From an uncultured candidate division Zixibacteria bacterium (GTDB lineage Bacteria; Zixibacteria; MSB-5A5; RBG-16-43-9): a DNA stretch of 64,000 nucleotides. The stretch lies in the NCBI GenBank assembly GCA_963713865.1, contig OY970208.1:992001-1056000 (forward strand), in the 5' to 3' direction. Every line of letters starts with the position of its first letter. The stretch's first letter is position 1. Shown here piece after piece: positions 61,677 through 64,000 of the stretch. Both the position numbers and the translations under genes were made by a program. The notes beneath the pieces were generated by a model, which made no database searches, was not told where the DNA came from, and saw only the letters and a list, made by a program, of their open reading frames with translations.

Positions 61677-64000
61677 ATGAAAAGATTTTTTAGAAGTTTC
61701 CCGCTTGGTCTTTTTCTTATTCTCATTTTTTATCTTCCAGCCCGGGCCCAGAATAATGCTCCGGTATTGGATTCTATAGGACCCCAGAGCGTAGATGAAG
61801 GACAGGTATTAACCTTCCAGATTCACGCTACGGATGCAGATGGAGATAGTATAGTTCTAAATGCTACTAACATACCCGCCAATGTAACCTTTACCGATTC
61901 AGGAAATGGAGCGGGATCGTTCACTTTCAGCCCGGATTATACCCAGGCGAACATATATAATGTAACCTTTATAGTTACAGATACATCAGGCTCAGCAGAC
62001 AGCGAGGTAGTAGCGATAACGGTAAATAATGTAAATGATGCGCCGGTATTAGACTCGATAGGAGCAAAGAGTGTGAATGAGGGACAGGTATTGAGCTTCA
62101 GGGTACATTCCACAGATATCAATGGGGACAGTCTGATTTTGAGTGCGTTGAGCGTTCCCACCAATGCAGTCTTCACAGACAGCGGAAATGGAGCGGCTTC
62201 ATTTACTTTCAGTCCGGATTATACCCAGGCAAACATATATAATGTAACCTTTATTTCTACAGATACAGCAGGCTCAGCAGATAGCGAGGTAGTGGCGATA
62301 ACGGTGAATAATGTGAATAATGCCCCGGTTTTAGACTCGATAGGAGCAAAGAGTGTGAATGAGGGACAGGTATTGAGCTTCAGGGTACATTCCACAGATA
62401 TAAACGGAGACAGTCTGATTTTGAGTGCCTTGAACACACCGACCAATGGAGTCTTCACAGACAGCGGCAATGGAGCAGGCTCATTTACCTTCAGTCCGGA
62501 TTATACCCAGGCGAACATATATAATGTAACCTTTATTTCTACAGATACAGTAGGGGCTGCAGATAGTGAAGTAGTCCAAATTACGGTGGTGAGCGCAGGA
62601 AACCGAACACCGGTATTGGATTCTATAGGTTCAAGGAGTGTAAACGAGGGAGCTAATTTAACCTTCCGGGTACATTCTACAGATGCAGATGGAGACAGTA
62701 TAATTTTAAGTGCAACGAGTATACCTACCAATGCAACTTTTACTGATTCAGGTAATGGAGCGGGTTCGTTTACCTTTAATCCGAATTATACCCAAGCAGG
62801 AACTCATAATATCACTTTCAAAGCCACAGATCTATCTTCAGCGGTTGACAGCGAGGTAGTGGCGATAACGGTGAACAATGTGAATAATGCCCCGGGATTA
62901 GACTCAATCGGCTCAAAGAGTGTGAATGAGGGACAAGTATTGACATTTAGAGTTCACGCTACAGATATCAATGGAGACAGTTTAGTTTTGAGTGCTTTAA
63001 GCGTTCCCACCAATGCAATCTTCACGGACAGCGGAAATGGAGCAGGCTCATTTACTTTCAGCCCGGATTATACCCAGGCGAACATCTATAATGTAACCTT
63101 TATCGCTACAGATACATCAGGCTCAGCGGATAGCGAGGTAGTGGCGATAACGGTGAATAATGTAAATAATGCCCCGGTATTAGACTCAATCGGCTCAAAG
63201 AGTGTGAATGAGGGACAGGTATTGAGCTTCAGGGTACATTCCACAGATATCAATGGGGACAGTCTGATTTTGAGTGCGTTGAGCGTTCCCACCAATGCAG
63301 TCTTCACAGACAGCGGAAATGGAGCGGCTTCATTTACTTTCAGTCCGGATTATATCCAGGCGAACATATATAATGTAACCTTTATCGCTACAGATACATC
63401 AGGCTCAGCAGACAGTGAGGTAGTGGCGATAACGGTAAATAATGTAAATGATGCGCCGGTCTTAGACTCGATAGGACCGCAATTGGTTACTGAGGGTCAA
63501 GTATTAACCTTGAGAGTACATGCCGCAGACATAAATGGTGACAGGTTGATTTTGAGTGCTTTTAATGTTCCCACCAATGCCAGTTTTATAGATAGCACTA
63601 ATGGTTTAGGTTCATTTACCTTCAGTCCGGATTATACCCAGGCGGGTATATATAACGTAACCTTCGTAAGTACAGATACAGCAGGAGCGGCAGATAGTGA
63701 AGTGGTAGCGATAACAGTATTGAGCGCAGGGAATCAGACGCCTGTATTAGACCCGATTGGATCAAGGAATGTGAATGAGGCTTCAAATTTAACCTTTAGA
63801 GTTCATGCTACAGATGCAGATGGTGATGCTATTACATTGACCGCTACTAATCTTCCAGCTAACTCCTCTTTTGCCGATTCAGGTAATGGAGCGGGTTCGT
63901 TTACCTTTAATCCGAATTATACCCAAGCAGGAACTCATAATATCACCTTCAAAGCCACAGATCCATCTCTGGCGGTTGACAGCGAGGTAGTAGCAATTAC
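61677..64000 (+). CDS. Gene C': paralog of C, Ig/cadherin-like repeat protein (runs off window)
   Basis: MKRFFRSFPLGLFLILIFYLPARAQNNAPVLDSIG; about 8 repeats of 282-285 bp before the window end. Confidence 0.88.
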   Translation, partial: MKRFFRSFPLGLFLILIFYLPARAQNNAPVLDSIGPQSVDEGQVLTFQIHATDADGDSIVLNATNIPANVTFTDSGNGAGSFTFSPDYTQANIYNVTFIVTDTSGSADSEVVAITVNNVNDAPVLDSIGAKSVNEGQVLSFRVHSTDINGDSLILSALSVPTNAVFTDSGNGAASFTFSPDYTQANIYNVTFISTDTAGSADSEVVAITVNNVNNAPVLDSIGAKSVNEGQVLSFRVHSTDINGDSLILSALNTPTNGVFTDSGNGAGSFTFSPDYTQANIYNVTFISTDTVGAADSEVVQITVVSAGNRTPVLDSIGSRSVNEGANLTFRVHSTDADGDSIILSATSIPTNATFTDSGNGAGSFTFNPNYTQAGTHNITFKATDLSSAVDSEVVAITVNNVNNAPGLDSIGSKSVNEGQVLTFRVHATDINGDSLVLSALSVPTNAIFTDSGNGAGSFTFSPDYTQANIYNVTFIATDTSGSADSEVVAITVNNVNNAPVLDSIGSKSVNEGQVLSFRVHSTDINGDSLILSALSVPTNAVFTDSGNGAASFTFSPDYIQANIYNVTFIATDTSGSADSEVVAITVNNVNDAPVLDSIGPQLVTEGQVLTLRVHAADINGDRLILSAFNVPTNASFIDSTNGLGSFTFSPDYTQAGIYNVTFVSTDTAGAADSEVVAITVLSAGNQTPVLDPIGSRNVNEASNLTFRVHATDADGDAITLTATNLPANSSFADSGNGAGSFTFNPNYTQAGTHNITFKATDPSLAVDSEVVAI

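Noticed and set aside
2208-63307. Many short antisense or overlapping ORFs in the track (e.g. 3730-4233, 6858-7352, 47092-47547, 53567-55249, 61937-63307)
   Set aside because: They are shadows of well-supported genes on the other strand or frame, with no RBS or recognisable motifs.
53075-64000. Regular ~283-bp repeats considered as a CRISPR array or DGR template/variable pair
   Set aside because: They are in-frame coding repeats without unique spacers. Differences are not adenine-specific and no RT or cas gene is present.

Overview
AT-rich bacterial DNA. By inference it is from the FCB group, most resembling candidate division Zixibacteria, judged from the recurring GDANxDGKVSVSDVVYLINYLFKGGPPP C-termini and NYPNPFNP sorting tails. 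The window is dominated by secreted modular proteins. Seven carry an extreme C-terminal dockerin-like domain. A 44.8-64 kb co-oriented cluster encodes cohesin-like, Ig/cadherin-repeat, internal-dockerin and T9SS/FlgD-type CTD proteins, and includes a tandemly duplicated three-gene block. Together these suggest a cellulosome-like surface assembly with no recognisable CAZyme cargo. Also present: uvrA; two Ser/Thr kinase-TPR genes; a GAF-SpoIIE phosphatase; an IS1595-type remnant with a P63C gene; a GC-richer dsrC/dsrM-like/dsrK-like module facing a cysteine desulfurase; an NtrC-type two-component pair; a sigma54-preceded porin/ABC/YHS/TlpA operon; and a ThiI/MnmA-like gene. Intergenic DNA is rich in REP-like palindromes, several interrupted by the same 22-bp micro-element. 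Six genes are split by +1 insertions, all in one of two sequence motifs (CCAGAAC or AAAGGTTG), so the genes are probably intact. No rRNA, tRNA or CRISPR array was seen. All domain calls are by eye and need HMM or structure confirmation.
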